DNA of 33,632 nucleotides from a bacterium (GCA_049472335.1 JBLIRO010000055.1:1-33632), one strand, 5' to 3'. Counted from the first letter of the stretch, positions 18,399 through 28,677 are shown. Made by a program: numbers and translations. The notes: generated by a model from the letters alone, not told the origin.

Positions 18399-19367
18399 AT
18401 GGCAAAAAACGATATTTTTTCATATCTTATCCCGCTAATTCCATATTTGGTTGTTTGCACCTTGCTTATTAATATTATCTTTCCGGTGTCTCTTTACGCT
18501 CTCGAGAATAAAGTGTCCGAAGAGAAGCAGATCAAAGACGAAGAGAAAGGGGCCTGCATTGAGAAGGAAGCCTCCGATAAAAAGTCATCTGATAAACAAA
18601 TAATAGATGACATTGAAATATCCATCAAACCTAAAGTAAATGAAACTATTAATAGTGAATGCATTCATCCTCCGCTTAGTGTTAAATACGGAATTAATCC
18701 GGATTGGGAGTTTAATTTCAGGCTCAATACCTTTCTTAATAATCCCTTGAAGGGAAGGAGCAGAAATGGGGTGTCGGATGTCACCGTCGGAACAAAATAT
18801 CACTGGAAGGGACTGCTCAAATACGATATAGATACAATTACTGCTTTCTCCGTTCAGATACCGGCAGGCAGCAGTGAGGATATTTCCGATGAATACACCC
18901 ATTACCGGCCCGAATTAAAATTCATCAAGACTGTCCCTGAATGGAAGAAGGTGCAGTTGTCAACAACCATCAAAATGGACATACTCTCGGGCTATTCCGA
19001 GGAAGCCGAAACTTTGAACCAGGATACATTGGATGATTCTTTGATATTGGATAATTCCTTGACCTTTACTATCGGCGCTCTTTTTCCAGTATATCCTTTT
19101 AATTATATCTTTGAGGCAGAGTGGATAAGCACCGAGATTGACGGAGGCAATCAGAACATTGTTTACCTGACATCCGGGGTTTTTTATGACGTTCAGGAAA
19201 AAAAGCATCCATGGATACGTGGTGAAATGCAATTGGGGCTTGGAGTGCGTTTCGGACTTCATGACACAGAAGATTCTTTTGCTTTTTTTGCCCGGCTAAA
19301 TTGGGACCTCCCCTTCAAGATGCGCTTGAAAAAAGGATCTAAAGAGGAAAAAAAGATTTCCCCTTGA
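18399..19367 (+). CDS. Exported, probable outer-membrane beta-barrel protein (MetA-pathway/transporter-like)
   Basis: Hydrophobic N-terminus; VKYGI..DWEF, GVSDVTVGTKYHW and SVQIPAG motifs; alternating aromatic beta-strands. Confidence 0.5.
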   Translation: MAKNDIFSYLIPLIPYLVVCTLLINIIFPVSLYALENKVSEEKQIKDEEKGACIEKEASDKKSSDKQIIDDIEISIKPKVNETINSECIHPPLSVKYGINPDWEFNFRLNTFLNNPLKGRSRNGVSDVTVGTKYHWKGLLKYDIDTITAFSVQIPAGSSEDISDEYTHYRPELKFIKTVPEWKKVQLSTTIKMDILSGYSEEAETLNQDTLDDSLILDNSLTFTIGALFPVYPFNYIFEAEWISTEIDGGNQNIVYLTSGVFYDVQEKKHPWIRGEMQLGLGVRFGLHDTEDSFAFFARLNWDLPFKMRLKKGSKEEKKISP

Positions 19368-19421
19368 TTTGATTCTTTGTTAATGGATGATATTGAATAC
19401 TTAGGATAAGCCTCTGAAGCT

Positions 19422-19581
19422 GTGAGTCCTCAAAATTCCGGTGGCATCTTGAGAAAAATGCAAATTGCAAAATGCAAATTTTAAAATGCAAGATAATGTA
19501 TTCCTTAAATTTTCATTTTTCATTTTGCAATTTGAAATTTGCATTACCTGCTCGAAAACCACATGGTTTTTGAGTAGTTAC
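19422..19581. repeat. 160-bp imperfect palindromic element (REP/MITE-like)
   Basis: Left end gtgagtcctcaaaa pairs with right end tttttgagtagttac; inner arms are built of TGCAAAW and WTTTGCA 7-mers. Confidence 0.7.
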
Positions 19582-19677
19582 GGTTAATAAAGTTAAGTTT
19601 TTGAAATGTCGATAATTAAGATAGTGAATTTAATAATATTTAAAATCTTATTTCAATCTTTTTCGACATTTTTTATC

Positions 19678-19707
19678 TTGACAAAGAAAGGGGGAGGATG
19701 TTAGTAT
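19678..19707 (+). promoter_or_regulatory. Sigma-70-like promoter
   Basis: TTGACA-N18-TAGTAT with TG extension, upstream of the LysM lipoprotein gene. Confidence 0.55.
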
Positions 19708-19773
19708 CCTTAGATCAAAAATAATATAAGTATAAGAGCGCTAAACGTTTAACTGAAAGGGGGGTGAAACATT

Positions 19774-20652
19774 TTGGGTCGTTTCAAATCATATCTTGTT
19801 TTTATATGGGTAGCAGGTTTTTGTTTGGTCTTCTTCTTTTATGGATGTACACCACCTCCAACACAGGAGCTGGCAGATGCTGAAATTGCATTATCAGCAG
19901 CCAGGGAGGCAGGGGCGGAAAAGTTCGCGGCCCAAGAGTATGAAAGCGCAGAATCAATCCTTGAAGAGGCGCTTATGATGAATGAACGTAAGGATTATTT
20001 AGAAGCCAAAGAGACGGCAATAGCGGCAAAGGATGCGGCGCTTTTTGCAAAGACCGTTGCAGAAGATTTCAAAATAAAGCTAAGAGAGCAGGCAAGAGGT
20101 ACTCTCGATGCGGCAAGACAGGCCCTGTTGGGAGCCGAAATGGCCGGGGCTGAGAAATACGATCCTGAAGACTATCATTCCTTGGAGGCCTTGTTCGGAG
20201 AGGCTGATACTGCGTATAGTGCCGAAGAATATACGATTGCCGTTCAGAAAGCTGAAGAGGTAACAAAAAGGGCACGGCGGTTGGAGTTGGCGGCAAAAAG
20301 AGCTGCAGAGCTCGAGAAAGAGGAAGAAAAAAAGCCGGAGGAAGAGATAGCCGAAGAGATAGCCGAAGAAATAGAAGGGCCTCAATACGTTCAGCCTGTG
20401 ACTGTCTATGACAGTCACCTTGTTCAAAAAGGGGAATGCCTCTGGATCATTTCGGAATATGAAAGGATATATGCGAATCCTTTTAAGTGGCCTTTGATTT
20501 ATAAAGCAAATAGATCTCAGATTAATGACCCTGACCTGATTTTTCCCGGTCAAAATCTTGCTATACCCAGAAATTCCAGTCCAAATGAAATTGAAGAGGC
20601 AATCAATAATGCAAAAAACAGAGGGCCATGGTCACTGTTTGACGGTAAATAA
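19774..20652 (+). CDS. Lipoprotein with DUF4398-like helical repeats and C-terminal LysM domain
   Basis: Lipobox-like FYGC; A..AGAEK.A..EY repeats; HLVQKGECLW.I...Y.NPFKWPLIYKAN..QI.DPDLIFPGQ.L.IP. Confidence 0.85.
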   Translation: MGRFKSYLVFIWVAGFCLVFFFYGCTPPPTQELADAEIALSAAREAGAEKFAAQEYESAESILEEALMMNERKDYLEAKETAIAAKDAALFAKTVAEDFKIKLREQARGTLDAARQALLGAEMAGAEKYDPEDYHSLEALFGEADTAYSAEEYTIAVQKAEEVTKRARRLELAAKRAAELEKEEEKKPEEEIAEEIAEEIEGPQYVQPVTVYDSHLVQKGECLWIISEYERIYANPFKWPLIYKANRSQINDPDLIFPGQNLAIPRNSSPNEIEEAINNAKNRGPWSLFDGK

Positions 20653-20734
20653 GCATAAGCTCTCTTGTATGGACGCGGGATTAGAATAGCTTGTTTAGAT
20701 TGTTTATATTATTTGGCTTTTTATATCAGTGCTT

Positions 20735-20776
20735 AAAAAAGACCCCTGTTTTCATAAAAATCAGGGGTCTTTTTTT
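20735..20776. terminator. Intrinsic terminator (possibly bidirectional)
   Basis: AAAAAAGACCCCTG...CAGGGGTCTTTTTTT hairpin with A and T tracts. Confidence 0.85.
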
Positions 20777-20907
20777 GATATTTATGTTTTGACCCAAATC
20801 CTCTAATGAATAGAGAAAAAAGGGATCTTTTATAGTATAATAATATTGATGAGTTCGCAGAAATTGATAAAAATCGTAAAAAGGTCATTGATGGATATTT
20901 ATCTATT

Positions 20908-21945
20908 TTGGTTTTTAATGTTAATGTTAAGAAAAGAGGTCAAACAGCAATTTCTGAGAGTAAAAGAATATCAAACATAGAGTCAAGTGTGATCGATATG
21001 GGTGAAATCCCTTGCATGCCTTCATTTCTGGGCCATCAAGACCGGAATATCCGAGTGCTCGAGGCACTTTATAAGGTAAGAATATCAACCAGGGGTAAAG
21101 AACTGCACATAAAAGGCCCACCAAACAATATTGATAAGGCGGCCTTTATATTGGAAAAATTGCTTTTTCTTGTCAGCGAAGGATATGTTATAAGGGAAGA
21201 GGATATAAGATTTATTGCAAGACTTGTAGACAATGATCCCAATGCGGATTTAAAGGGTATTTTTCTGGATAGAATCGAAGTCCCCGGCCATAAAAGGCTA
21301 ATTCAACCCAAAAGCAAGGTGCAGAAGGCATACATTGAAGCCATACGCAGCTTTGATATTGTATTCGGAATAGGTCCAGCCGGTACAGGCAAAACCTATC
21401 TGGCGATGGCTATGGCCGTATCCGCTTTTATCGCAAAGGAAGTCACGAGAATTGTCCTTACAAGGCCGGCTGTTGAGGCAGGTGAACGGTTGGGATTTTT
21501 GCCGGGTGATCTTTATGAAAAAGTCAATCCTTATCTCCGGCCGCTCTACGATGCTCTTTATGATATGATGGACCCGGACAGGGCAAAAAGACTGATAGAA
21601 AGGGATACTATAGAAATAGCCCCGCTTGCATATATGAGGGGCCGAACCCTTAACGATGCCTTCGTTATTTTAGATGAAGCCCAAAATACTACCTCCGAAC
21701 AGATGAAGATGTTTCTTACCAGGCTGGGTTTTGGCTCCAAGGCCATAATTACAGGTGATATAACTCAGATAGACCTGCCGCCCGAAAGGATATCAGGTCT
21801 TGTTGAGGTACAATCCATCTTGGGGCGGGTCGAGGGGATAAAGTTTGTATATTTTTCCGAATTGGATGTGGTCCGGCATGACTTAGTCCAACAAATAGTC
21901 AGGGCTTACGATGAATATAATAAGTCCAGGCCTTCTAAAGGATAA
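20908..21945 (+). CDS. phoH: PhoH family ATPase (YbeZ); true start may be downstream
   Basis: GPAGTGKT, RPAVEAGERLGFLPGD, LAYMRGRTL, DEAQN, DVVRH. Confidence 0.95.
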   Translation: MVFNVNVKKRGQTAISESKRISNIESSVIDMGEIPCMPSFLGHQDRNIRVLEALYKVRISTRGKELHIKGPPNNIDKAAFILEKLLFLVSEGYVIREEDIRFIARLVDNDPNADLKGIFLDRIEVPGHKRLIQPKSKVQKAYIEAIRSFDIVFGIGPAGTGKTYLAMAMAVSAFIAKEVTRIVLTRPAVEAGERLGFLPGDLYEKVNPYLRPLYDALYDMMDPDRAKRLIERDTIEIAPLAYMRGRTLNDAFVILDEAQNTTSEQMKMFLTRLGFGSKAIITGDITQIDLPPERISGLVEVQSILGRVEGIKFVYFSELDVVRHDLVQQIVRAYDEYNKSRPSKG

Positions 21946-21950
21946 ACGAT

Positions 21951-24485
21951 ATGGCTGATAAACCCAAAAAAGGCAAACTGAAGGAGCTTACCGCTCAAAA
22001 GAAAGCGGCTGCTTCAGTTGCCCTTCAAAAAAGCAAGAAAAAACCTTTTTATCAGGAATATAAATTTCAATTATATATGCTATGGATAATAATGACTTGC
22101 CTCCTCTCTCTTTTTACAGTGCCAAGTCTCAGGATCAAGATATCCTCGATAGAAGCCGGAGATATAAGTTCCAGGAACATCAAGGCCCCCTGGGATTTTT
22201 CCGTTGAGGATCAGGAGACAACCATAGAAAGACAAAACGCGGCAGAAAAATCCGTACTCCCTGTCTATGATTATAACAATACCCTGCGATCGGAATTGGT
22301 TGAAAAGATCCATGGGATGTTTGAATATATGAGGGGATTTTATCTTGAGAAGAATCCGGGGAGTTTCATGAAGGATACCAATATTTCGACCCTTGACCAG
22401 GATAAGAGAAAGGCATCTTCTCCTGCTGAGCAAGCTCAGAGCTCCGATATTGAAAAGGATCTGGAAAAAAACTGGGAGGATGAATGGAGAAAATATGCTC
22501 AGTTGAACGGGATTGATATTGATTACTCAGTATATCTCATATTTGAGGATCGGAATTTTGATCCCAATGTGGAGAATGTAATGATACAATCTCTGAATGA
22601 GGTAATGAAAAAAGGTATAATAGCGAGTTATTCTTTCAGCTTTAATGAAAGAGAACAGGGCCTTGTTTGGAGGAACGTCAGCACACAAACCGAGACTAAA
22701 GTTAAGGATGTAACTCAAATATTGGACCTGGAAGGGGCCAGAAAACTCATCAAGGCAAAGATGAGCAACCTTTTGCCCGGAGATGAGCAATTTATTAATG
22801 CCGTGACCGCAATCTTACAAAATTATATCTCTCCCAATTTATCTTTTAATCTAAGTGAGACACGAATAAGGATGGAGCTTGCCCGGGAATCAGTAAAACC
22901 CGCTTTCTTTCAGATCAAAAAGGGTGAGATGATTATCAGGGAAGGAGAACGCGCAAAACCCGATCAGGTCGAAAAATTAAATGCCTTAAAAGAGATGAAA
23001 AAAAGCGAGCAATTGGGTCAGAACATTTTGGGCCTGATTTTTATTGTAGGCTTAACATTGATGATCCTCTTCATCCTTCTGAAAAAATTTCGGCCTAAAT
23101 ATATTCTGAGCTTAAGAAACCTTCTTTTGATCGCTTTAAGTATCCTGGTCACTATGTTTCTGATCCGGATAGGTGTGTTCATAGCATATGGACTGCATTC
23201 AACCATACCAATAATTCCGACGAACAGTTATTATTTTGTCTTTCCTTTCGCCCTGGCAGCCCTTATAGTCGCCATTCTCCTGGATGTCGAGATAGCGGTA
23301 ATGGTAGCCGCGATTGTGGCCATATTGGCGGGTATACTCTTGAACAGGGATTTGGGATTTTTTATATTGGCGTTTTTAGGGAGTCTGGGCGGAATTTACT
23401 CACTCTCTACAAGAGTCAATAGGGGTTCTGTTGTAAGGGCGGGTTTTGTGGTTGGCCTGGTAAATGTGGGTGTTGTAATCCCTCTGAGTTTGATACAGGG
23501 GACCTTTTTTACGCTCACCGGTGTTTTTAACCTCCTTTTTGGCTTTATAGGAGGCATATCGGTTATGGCCTTTGTTTTGGCTATTATGCCGCTGATGGAA
23601 GCAATATTTCAGGTGACCACTGATGTGAGGCTTTTGGAGCTTCTCAATTTAAATCAACCCTTATTGCGCCGTCTTGCCATCGATGCTCCCGGCACATATC
23701 ATCACTGTATTGTTGTTGCCAATCTTGCTGAAGCTGCCTGTGAGGCCATAAATGCGAATTCGCTTATGGCACGTGTAGCCGCATATTATCACGACATCGG
23801 AAAGATAAAGATGCCAAGATATTATATAGAGAATCAGATGAACTACAAAAACGAACATGAAAAACTCTCGCCCAGCATGAGCAGCCTTATTTTAAGCTCT
23901 CATGTCAAAGACGGTGTTGAACTGGGAAAGAAATATAAGCTCAATAAACCTATTATAGACATAATACAGCAACATCACGGCACTGCCCTTATCAAATATT
24001 TTTATGCCAAGGCCAAGGAGATAAAGGCAAAGGACGGAAAAGAGGCAAAAGAGGAAGATTATAGATATCCCGGTCCAAAACCGCAAACAAAAGAGGCAGG
24101 TATAGTCATGCTGGCTGATGCGGTAGAGGCCACATCAAGGACCCTTACGGATCCCCGCCCTTCCAGAATCCAGGGGATGATTCAAAATACAATAAATAAT
24201 ATATTCAGAGACGGACAGTTAAATGAGTGCGAGATAACACTTAAAGATCTTCATCAGATTGCAGGCTCCTTTAATCTTATCTTGGCCGGAATATTCCATC
24301 CCAGGATAGTATATCCAGGTACAAGCGTCTCAGAAGAACAAAAAAAGGAAAAAAGTGGAGATATATATTCAAAATCGTCAAAGGAAACAAAGGTTGGAAA
24401 TCCGGCTGATGAGGAAGCTGGTGGAGAAGATATTCGACGACTTGGGATTGCAAACCCAGGAAGTGAGCATAACATTCGCAAGTGA
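21951..24485 (+). CDS. 7TM-HD (HDIG) membrane phosphohydrolase, PgpH-like
   Basis: Large extracytoplasmic domain, multi-TM block, APGTYHH, YYHDIGK, QHHGT, MLAD.VEA; usual position between phoH and ybeY. Confidence 0.92.
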   Translation: MADKPKKGKLKELTAQKKAAASVALQKSKKKPFYQEYKFQLYMLWIIMTCLLSLFTVPSLRIKISSIEAGDISSRNIKAPWDFSVEDQETTIERQNAAEKSVLPVYDYNNTLRSELVEKIHGMFEYMRGFYLEKNPGSFMKDTNISTLDQDKRKASSPAEQAQSSDIEKDLEKNWEDEWRKYAQLNGIDIDYSVYLIFEDRNFDPNVENVMIQSLNEVMKKGIIASYSFSFNEREQGLVWRNVSTQTETKVKDVTQILDLEGARKLIKAKMSNLLPGDEQFINAVTAILQNYISPNLSFNLSETRIRMELARESVKPAFFQIKKGEMIIREGERAKPDQVEKLNALKEMKKSEQLGQNILGLIFIVGLTLMILFILLKKFRPKYILSLRNLLLIALSILVTMFLIRIGVFIAYGLHSTIPIIPTNSYYFVFPFALAALIVAILLDVEIAVMVAAIVAILAGILLNRDLGFFILAFLGSLGGIYSLSTRVNRGSVVRAGFVVGLVNVGVVIPLSLIQGTFFTLTGVFNLLFGFIGGISVMAFVLAIMPLMEAIFQVTTDVRLLELLNLNQPLLRRLAIDAPGTYHHCIVVANLAEAACEAINANSLMARVAAYYHDIGKIKMPRYYIENQMNYKNEHEKLSPSMSSLILSSHVKDGVELGKKYKLNKPIIDIIQQHHGTALIKYFYAKAKEIKAKDGKEAKEEDYRYPGPKPQTKEAGIVMLADAVEATSRTLTDPRPSRIQGMIQNTINNIFRDGQLNECEITLKDLHQIAGSFNLILAGIFHPRIVYPGTSVSEEQKKEKSGDIYSKSSKETKVGNPADEEAGGEDIRRLGIANPGSEHNIRK

Positions 24486-24792
24486 TAGATTCGTCCGGAG
24501 ACTGAATAAAAAATACAGGGGGGTTGATACCCCTACCGATGTGCTGGCTTTTGCTATGAAGGAAGGTGAATGGCCAGAGATTCAACCCCATCTTCTGGGT
24601 GATGTGGTTATCTCGGTTGATACGGCAAAAAAACAGGCCCTCGATCTTGGTCATAGTTTGAACAGGGAGTTGGCCATACTTCTTATACACGGAGTTCTTC
24701 ACCTAATAGGTTATGATCATATGCGGCCGTCGGAAGCAAAAAGGATGCAAGCCTTGGAGAAGAAGATTTTAAGAAGTATTGAACCCATATAA
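24355..24792 (+). CDS. ybeY: rRNA maturation endoribonuclease YbeY
   Basis: LN..YRG.D.PTDVLAF, LGDVVIS, HGVLHLIGYDH. Confidence 0.95.
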   Translation: MEIYIQNRQRKQRLEIRLMRKLVEKIFDDLGLQTQEVSITFASDRFVRRLNKKYRGVDTPTDVLAFAMKEGEWPEIQPHLLGDVVISVDTAKKQALDLGHSLNRELAILLIHGVLHLIGYDHMRPSEAKRMQALEKKILRSIEPI

Positions 24793-24834
24793 GTTTATTT
24801 AAATTATCTTTTAAACATAAAGGGAATAATCATT

Positions 24835-25728
24835 ATGCGATCAGAGGATTCATTAGATAATTCTCATAAAATAAACAGTAAAAAAGGAAGATTGTTTAAT
24901 TGGCTTCAAAAAACCGGATTGGGCAGGCTTATTCGAAGGAGTATTGAAACAGAGGAAGATTTTCATAGACTTATTGATGAAGGTGAAGAGGAAGGAATCA
25001 TAGAAGAGGAAGAGCACGAACTTATTCACAGCGTGTTTAACTTTATGGACACCATTGTCCGTGAAGTCATGGTCCCCAGAGTGGAGATTGCCGCTTGTCC
25101 CATGAACGCAGGCCTGAGAGAAGTTCTCGACATAATCATAACCAAAGGTCATTCCCGCATCCCTGTGTATGAGCAGAAGATGGATAATATTATCGGAATC
25201 GTTTATGCCAAGGACCTTTTAAAGGTTTACGGAACCGAAAAAAAGGATGTGCAGATAAAACAGATAATGCGGCCCCCCTTTTTCGTGCCTGAGACAAAGA
25301 AGATTATAGATTTGCTGAAAGAATTTCAGATGCAGAAAATGCATATGGCCATTGTAGTAGATGAATATGGGGGCACGGCAGGCCTTGTTACAATAGAGGA
25401 CCTCCTGGAAGAACTGGTTGGTGAGATTCAGGATGAATATGATAATGAAAGGGAACGGCTTGTACGTATAAATGATTCTGCCATATCGGTGGATGCGCAT
25501 ATTGATATAGAAGAGATAGAGGAGTTTTTCAATCGTGAAATCCCGAAAGGGGATTATGAAACTGTCGGAGGACTGCTTTTCCATCTGTTCGAGCGTATAC
25601 CTAAGGAAAAGGAAGAGATGGTCTTTCAGGGATTAAAGTTTATCATTAAAAAGGCGGATGAGCGGAGACTCTGGCGTGTAGAGATCTCAAAAGTCGAGGC
25701 TGATAATAATATAGATTCAAAACAGTAG
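24835..25728 (+). CDS. corC: CBS-pair/CorC_HlyC magnesium/cobalt efflux-associated protein
   Basis: VREVMVPR, GHSRIPVY, AIVVDEYGGTAGLVTIEDLLEELVGEIQDEYD, ETVGG. Confidence 0.85.
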   Translation: MRSEDSLDNSHKINSKKGRLFNWLQKTGLGRLIRRSIETEEDFHRLIDEGEEEGIIEEEEHELIHSVFNFMDTIVREVMVPRVEIAACPMNAGLREVLDIIITKGHSRIPVYEQKMDNIIGIVYAKDLLKVYGTEKKDVQIKQIMRPPFFVPETKKIIDLLKEFQMQKMHMAIVVDEYGGTAGLVTIEDLLEELVGEIQDEYDNERERLVRINDSAISVDAHIDIEEIEEFFNREIPKGDYETVGGLLFHLFERIPKEKEEMVFQGLKFIIKKADERRLWRVEISKVEADNNIDSKQ

Positions 25729-25758
25729 AATGCAGTTAAAAAGAAAAGATAGATTTTA

Positions 25759-27129
25759 ATGCTCACTACTCATCAAATCGAGCGTTTAAAGAGCCTCCTC
25801 CATAAATCAACGATTATTTCATCCCCTGAATCGTTGCTTGCATATTCCATGGATGCAAGTAATTTAAGAGGAAATCCCGATCTGGTCGTTGTGCCGGAAG
25901 ACAGGGATGAAGTTATCAGGATAATGAAATGGGCCTGCCGGGAAAAAATCCCTGTTATCCCAAGGGGGGCAGGCACAGGGGTAACAGGTGGGGCCGTTCC
26001 GGTTTTTGGGGGGGTGGTCCTGTCATTAACCCGAATGCACAGAATAATAGATATTGACAGATCCAATATGATGGCAGAGATCGAGCCGGGTGTCATAACA
26101 GAGGATTTCAAGTGTGAGGTTGAAAAACAAGGGCTTTTTTATCCGCCCGATCCTGCCAGTTTAAAGGCATGCACTATAGGCGGAAACATCGCGGAAAATG
26201 CGGGAGGCCCAAAAGCAGTAAAGTATGGGGTTACCCGTGATTACTGTCTTGGATTAGAGGTGGTTCTTTCGGATGGGAGAGTATTGAATACAGGATCAAA
26301 GACACTAAAGTCAGTGGTAGGGTATGACCTGACCCGGTTGATGGTTGGGGCTGAAGGTACTCTAGGGATTATCACAAAAGCATTTTTAAAGCTGATTAAC
26401 AAACCTGAAGCAACTCTTATGATGAGGATCTTTTTCCCGACAATACAAAAAGCCGTTTCTGCTATCATGGCCATTTTTCAACTGGGAATAACCCCATCAA
26501 TTCTGGAATTGATGGACGAATCGAGCATCAGGTGTGTGTCTGCCGCTATGGATCTTGATTTCCCCGCCGATAAAAAGGCAATGCTCCTTTTAGAGATCGA
26601 TGGGGAAACCGGGGCTATCAGACGGCAATCAGATAAAATCAAGGACCTTTTAGCCCGCCAATACAACGTGGAAATAAATGAAGCCCGGTCAGAGCAGGAA
26701 ACGGAAGAATTCTTCCATTTCAGACGCTCCATTTCTCCGGCCATATATAGACTTGGGGCCAAAAAATTGAATGAGGACATCTGTGTTCCCCGGAGCCGTC
26801 TGGCTGATTGTTTTATTGCGCTGCAAAAGATCGCAAAAAAATATAATCTGAATATGGCCAATTTCGGCCATGCGGGGGATGGCAATATCCATGTCAATAT
26901 TCTGCTTCCGGATCAGGAAAAAGAAGGGAAAAAGGCCCCGGATGCCGTCAAGGAGATTTTTCAAATGGCCTTGGGCCTGGGAGGAAGCATATCAGGAGAA
27001 CATGGAATAGGTTTAACCAAAGCCCCGTATCTAAACATGGAAATAGATAAAGAAGGCATCAAATTAATGAAGGATATCAAATCGATCTTTGACTCATCAG
27101 GACTCTTAAATCCCGGAAAAATCTTTTAA
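25759..27129 (+). CDS. FAD-linked oxidase, GlcD/D-lactate dehydrogenase-like
   Basis: PRGAGTG..GG, YPPDPAS, GHAGDGNIH, SGEHGIG, LNPGKIF. Confidence 0.9.
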   Translation: MLTTHQIERLKSLLHKSTIISSPESLLAYSMDASNLRGNPDLVVVPEDRDEVIRIMKWACREKIPVIPRGAGTGVTGGAVPVFGGVVLSLTRMHRIIDIDRSNMMAEIEPGVITEDFKCEVEKQGLFYPPDPASLKACTIGGNIAENAGGPKAVKYGVTRDYCLGLEVVLSDGRVLNTGSKTLKSVVGYDLTRLMVGAEGTLGIITKAFLKLINKPEATLMMRIFFPTIQKAVSAIMAIFQLGITPSILELMDESSIRCVSAAMDLDFPADKKAMLLLEIDGETGAIRRQSDKIKDLLARQYNVEINEARSEQETEEFFHFRRSISPAIYRLGAKKLNEDICVPRSRLADCFIALQKIAKKYNLNMANFGHAGDGNIHVNILLPDQEKEGKKAPDAVKEIFQMALGLGGSISGEHGIGLTKAPYLNMEIDKEGIKLMKDIKSIFDSSGLLNPGKIF

Positions 27130-27237
27130 TATTTTAAAACCATTTTCTAAGTTAAGAGGTCATCTTCCTCGTAGTTATATTAGACTTATATTTCTCAGTC
27201 AACGAAAATTTTGAGGATTTGTTACCTCTTTATAAAA

Positions 27238-27375
27238 TCAGTTTGATTTGGCCTTTTTGGGGCTATCCTTCTTTGCTTTTTTTAACTCAGCAATGCGCTG
27301 CTTGATCCTTTTTGCCCTCCTTCTGCGCCTTCTTTCCATCTCCTTTATTTTTAAGATCTTTTTATGTCTTGACAT
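27238..27375 (-). CDS. Small highly basic protein (45 aa)
   Basis: Manual translation MSRHKKILKIKEMERRRRRRAKRIKQRIAELKKAKKDSPKKAKSN; GAGG RBS upstream; below the ORF-track length cutoff. Confidence 0.65.
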   Translation of the reverse strand: MSRHKKILKIKEMERRRRRRAKRIKQRIAELKKAKKDSPKKAKSN

Positions 27376-27761
27376 TAAGCAATCCTCATCTGTAAATTGT
27401 GCAATAAGATTTTTTAAGAATGTTAAAAGAACACGCAGATTTTAACACATAATCATCACGTATTTCAATATGTTTCATATTACATATTTTTCCTGTAAAT
27501 ACATTTCCCTTCGGTCATTTATGATTAGAATGGATGTAAGAACATCGAGAAAGATATGTCAGAAAAGGAATAGCAAGCCAAAACCCACTTAAGGTAACAG
27601 GAAGCCTGTTTTGATTCTATATTACCTTTCTGAAGTAGATAATATTTGAATTCTGAGAGTATAATAATTATTTGAAATAAATAGATTCTCTATAATATTT
27701 GAGTTTTAGTAATTATATTAAACAACTGACAGCAATTCAAGAAGATTTTTTAGTGAAAATC

Positions 27762-27790
27762 TTGACAAAATAATTCTATATATTTAGAAT
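27762..27790 (+). promoter_or_regulatory. Sigma-70 promoter upstream of the cassette array
   Basis: TTGACA-N17-TAGAAT. Confidence 0.75.
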
Positions 27791-27817
27791 TTTTCAATCT
27801 GTATAATAAAGATAAAA

Positions 27818-28576
27818 ATGACTGTTGGAGTAATGAATATGTCTTGGCTTAATTGTGGAGTGACAACTCAGGCTATATGGCCTGAAAAACAGAAGGACGT
27901 GAAGTATGGCAATCACACCTTCATCCTAATGCCATTGACTAAAGAGCATTCTGCTTCCGTTCACATTGAGCTTAAAGGAATCAGCGGGGTTGAAGGTCTG
28001 ACACTAATAAATCGATTTTTGAGCGCTCTCGGATGGAAATGCAACCAGCCAGCCATCAATCATTATGGATGGAGCGGCAATCCAAATCCTGTACCTGTTC
28101 CAAGGTATCGGATTCCATATGGATACAGCCCATCTGATGTCTTTCCGAATGAAGTATATGAAATTATTGACAAGAAAGCAAAATTAGCTGTAGCACTCTA
28201 TCGGGAGGCAAGAAGCCTAAACAATGTTCCATTTCAATTTCTGAGCTACTTCAAAATCTTAAATATCTTTTGGAATGATAAAATGAGGAATGGAAAGAAC
28301 GAACTGGTAGAGGGCCTTCGAGCTTCTTTACCGGAACTGACTGAGAAAGAATGCATAGAAAGGATAAAAGAAATAGAAAACAAGGAAGGTGATGCTGCGG
28401 ACTATCTCTATAAATCAGGAAGATGTGCAGTAGCTCATGCTTACGCGGATCCAATTGTAGATCCTGATGACATCACGGATTTGCATAGGCTATCAAAAGA
28501 TATATGGCTGATGCAGAATCTTGCAGCCCATCTTATTGAGAAGAATTTTGGAATAGAGCAATCGATATGGAAATAG
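27818..28576 (+). CDS. MauJ-like protein with HEPN-type RxxxxH motif (cassette 1; true start probably 27833 or 27839)
   Basis: ALYREA, FLSYFKILN, YLY.SGRCAVAHA. Confidence 0.65.
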   Translation: MTVGVMNMSWLNCGVTTQAIWPEKQKDVKYGNHTFILMPLTKEHSASVHIELKGISGVEGLTLINRFLSALGWKCNQPAINHYGWSGNPNPVPVPRYRIPYGYSPSDVFPNEVYEIIDKKAKLAVALYREARSLNNVPFQFLSYFKILNIFWNDKMRNGKNELVEGLRASLPELTEKECIERIKEIENKEGDAADYLYKSGRCAVAHAYADPIVDPDDITDLHRLSKDIWLMQNLAAHLIEKNFGIEQSIWK

Positions 28577-28580
28577 CTGA

Positions 28581-28677
28581 ACTCCAACAAGTCAATTAAC
28601 TCCGACCTCACTGAGCTGGCTATAAAAAGATAAGAGCCATGTAAACCGTCGTGAGGCGGGTTATTTCTTCGTTGAAC
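28581..28677 (+). other. attC recombination site
   Basis: Inverse core CTCCAAC and core GTTGAAC; arm TAAC(T)CCG(A)CCTCAC pairs perfectly with GTGAGGCGGGTTA apart from two extrahelical bases. Confidence 0.85.

Noticed and set aside
20338..20376. 12-bp repeat (EEIA x3)
   Set aside because: Ordinary acidic linker in the LysM lipoprotein.
24355..24485. 131-bp overlap between the HD gene and ybeY
   Set aside because: Explained by a poorly conserved C-terminal tail in a standard operon; both genes look intact.
27248..27445. 65-aa hydrophobic plus-strand ORF
   Set aside because: Antisense shadow of the basic minus-strand ORF, which has the RBS.
27130..27820. Integron integrase or tRNA integration site
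   Set aside because: No tyrosine-recombinase frame or tRNA cloverleaf visible; an attI cannot be assigned beyond the GTT crossover point.
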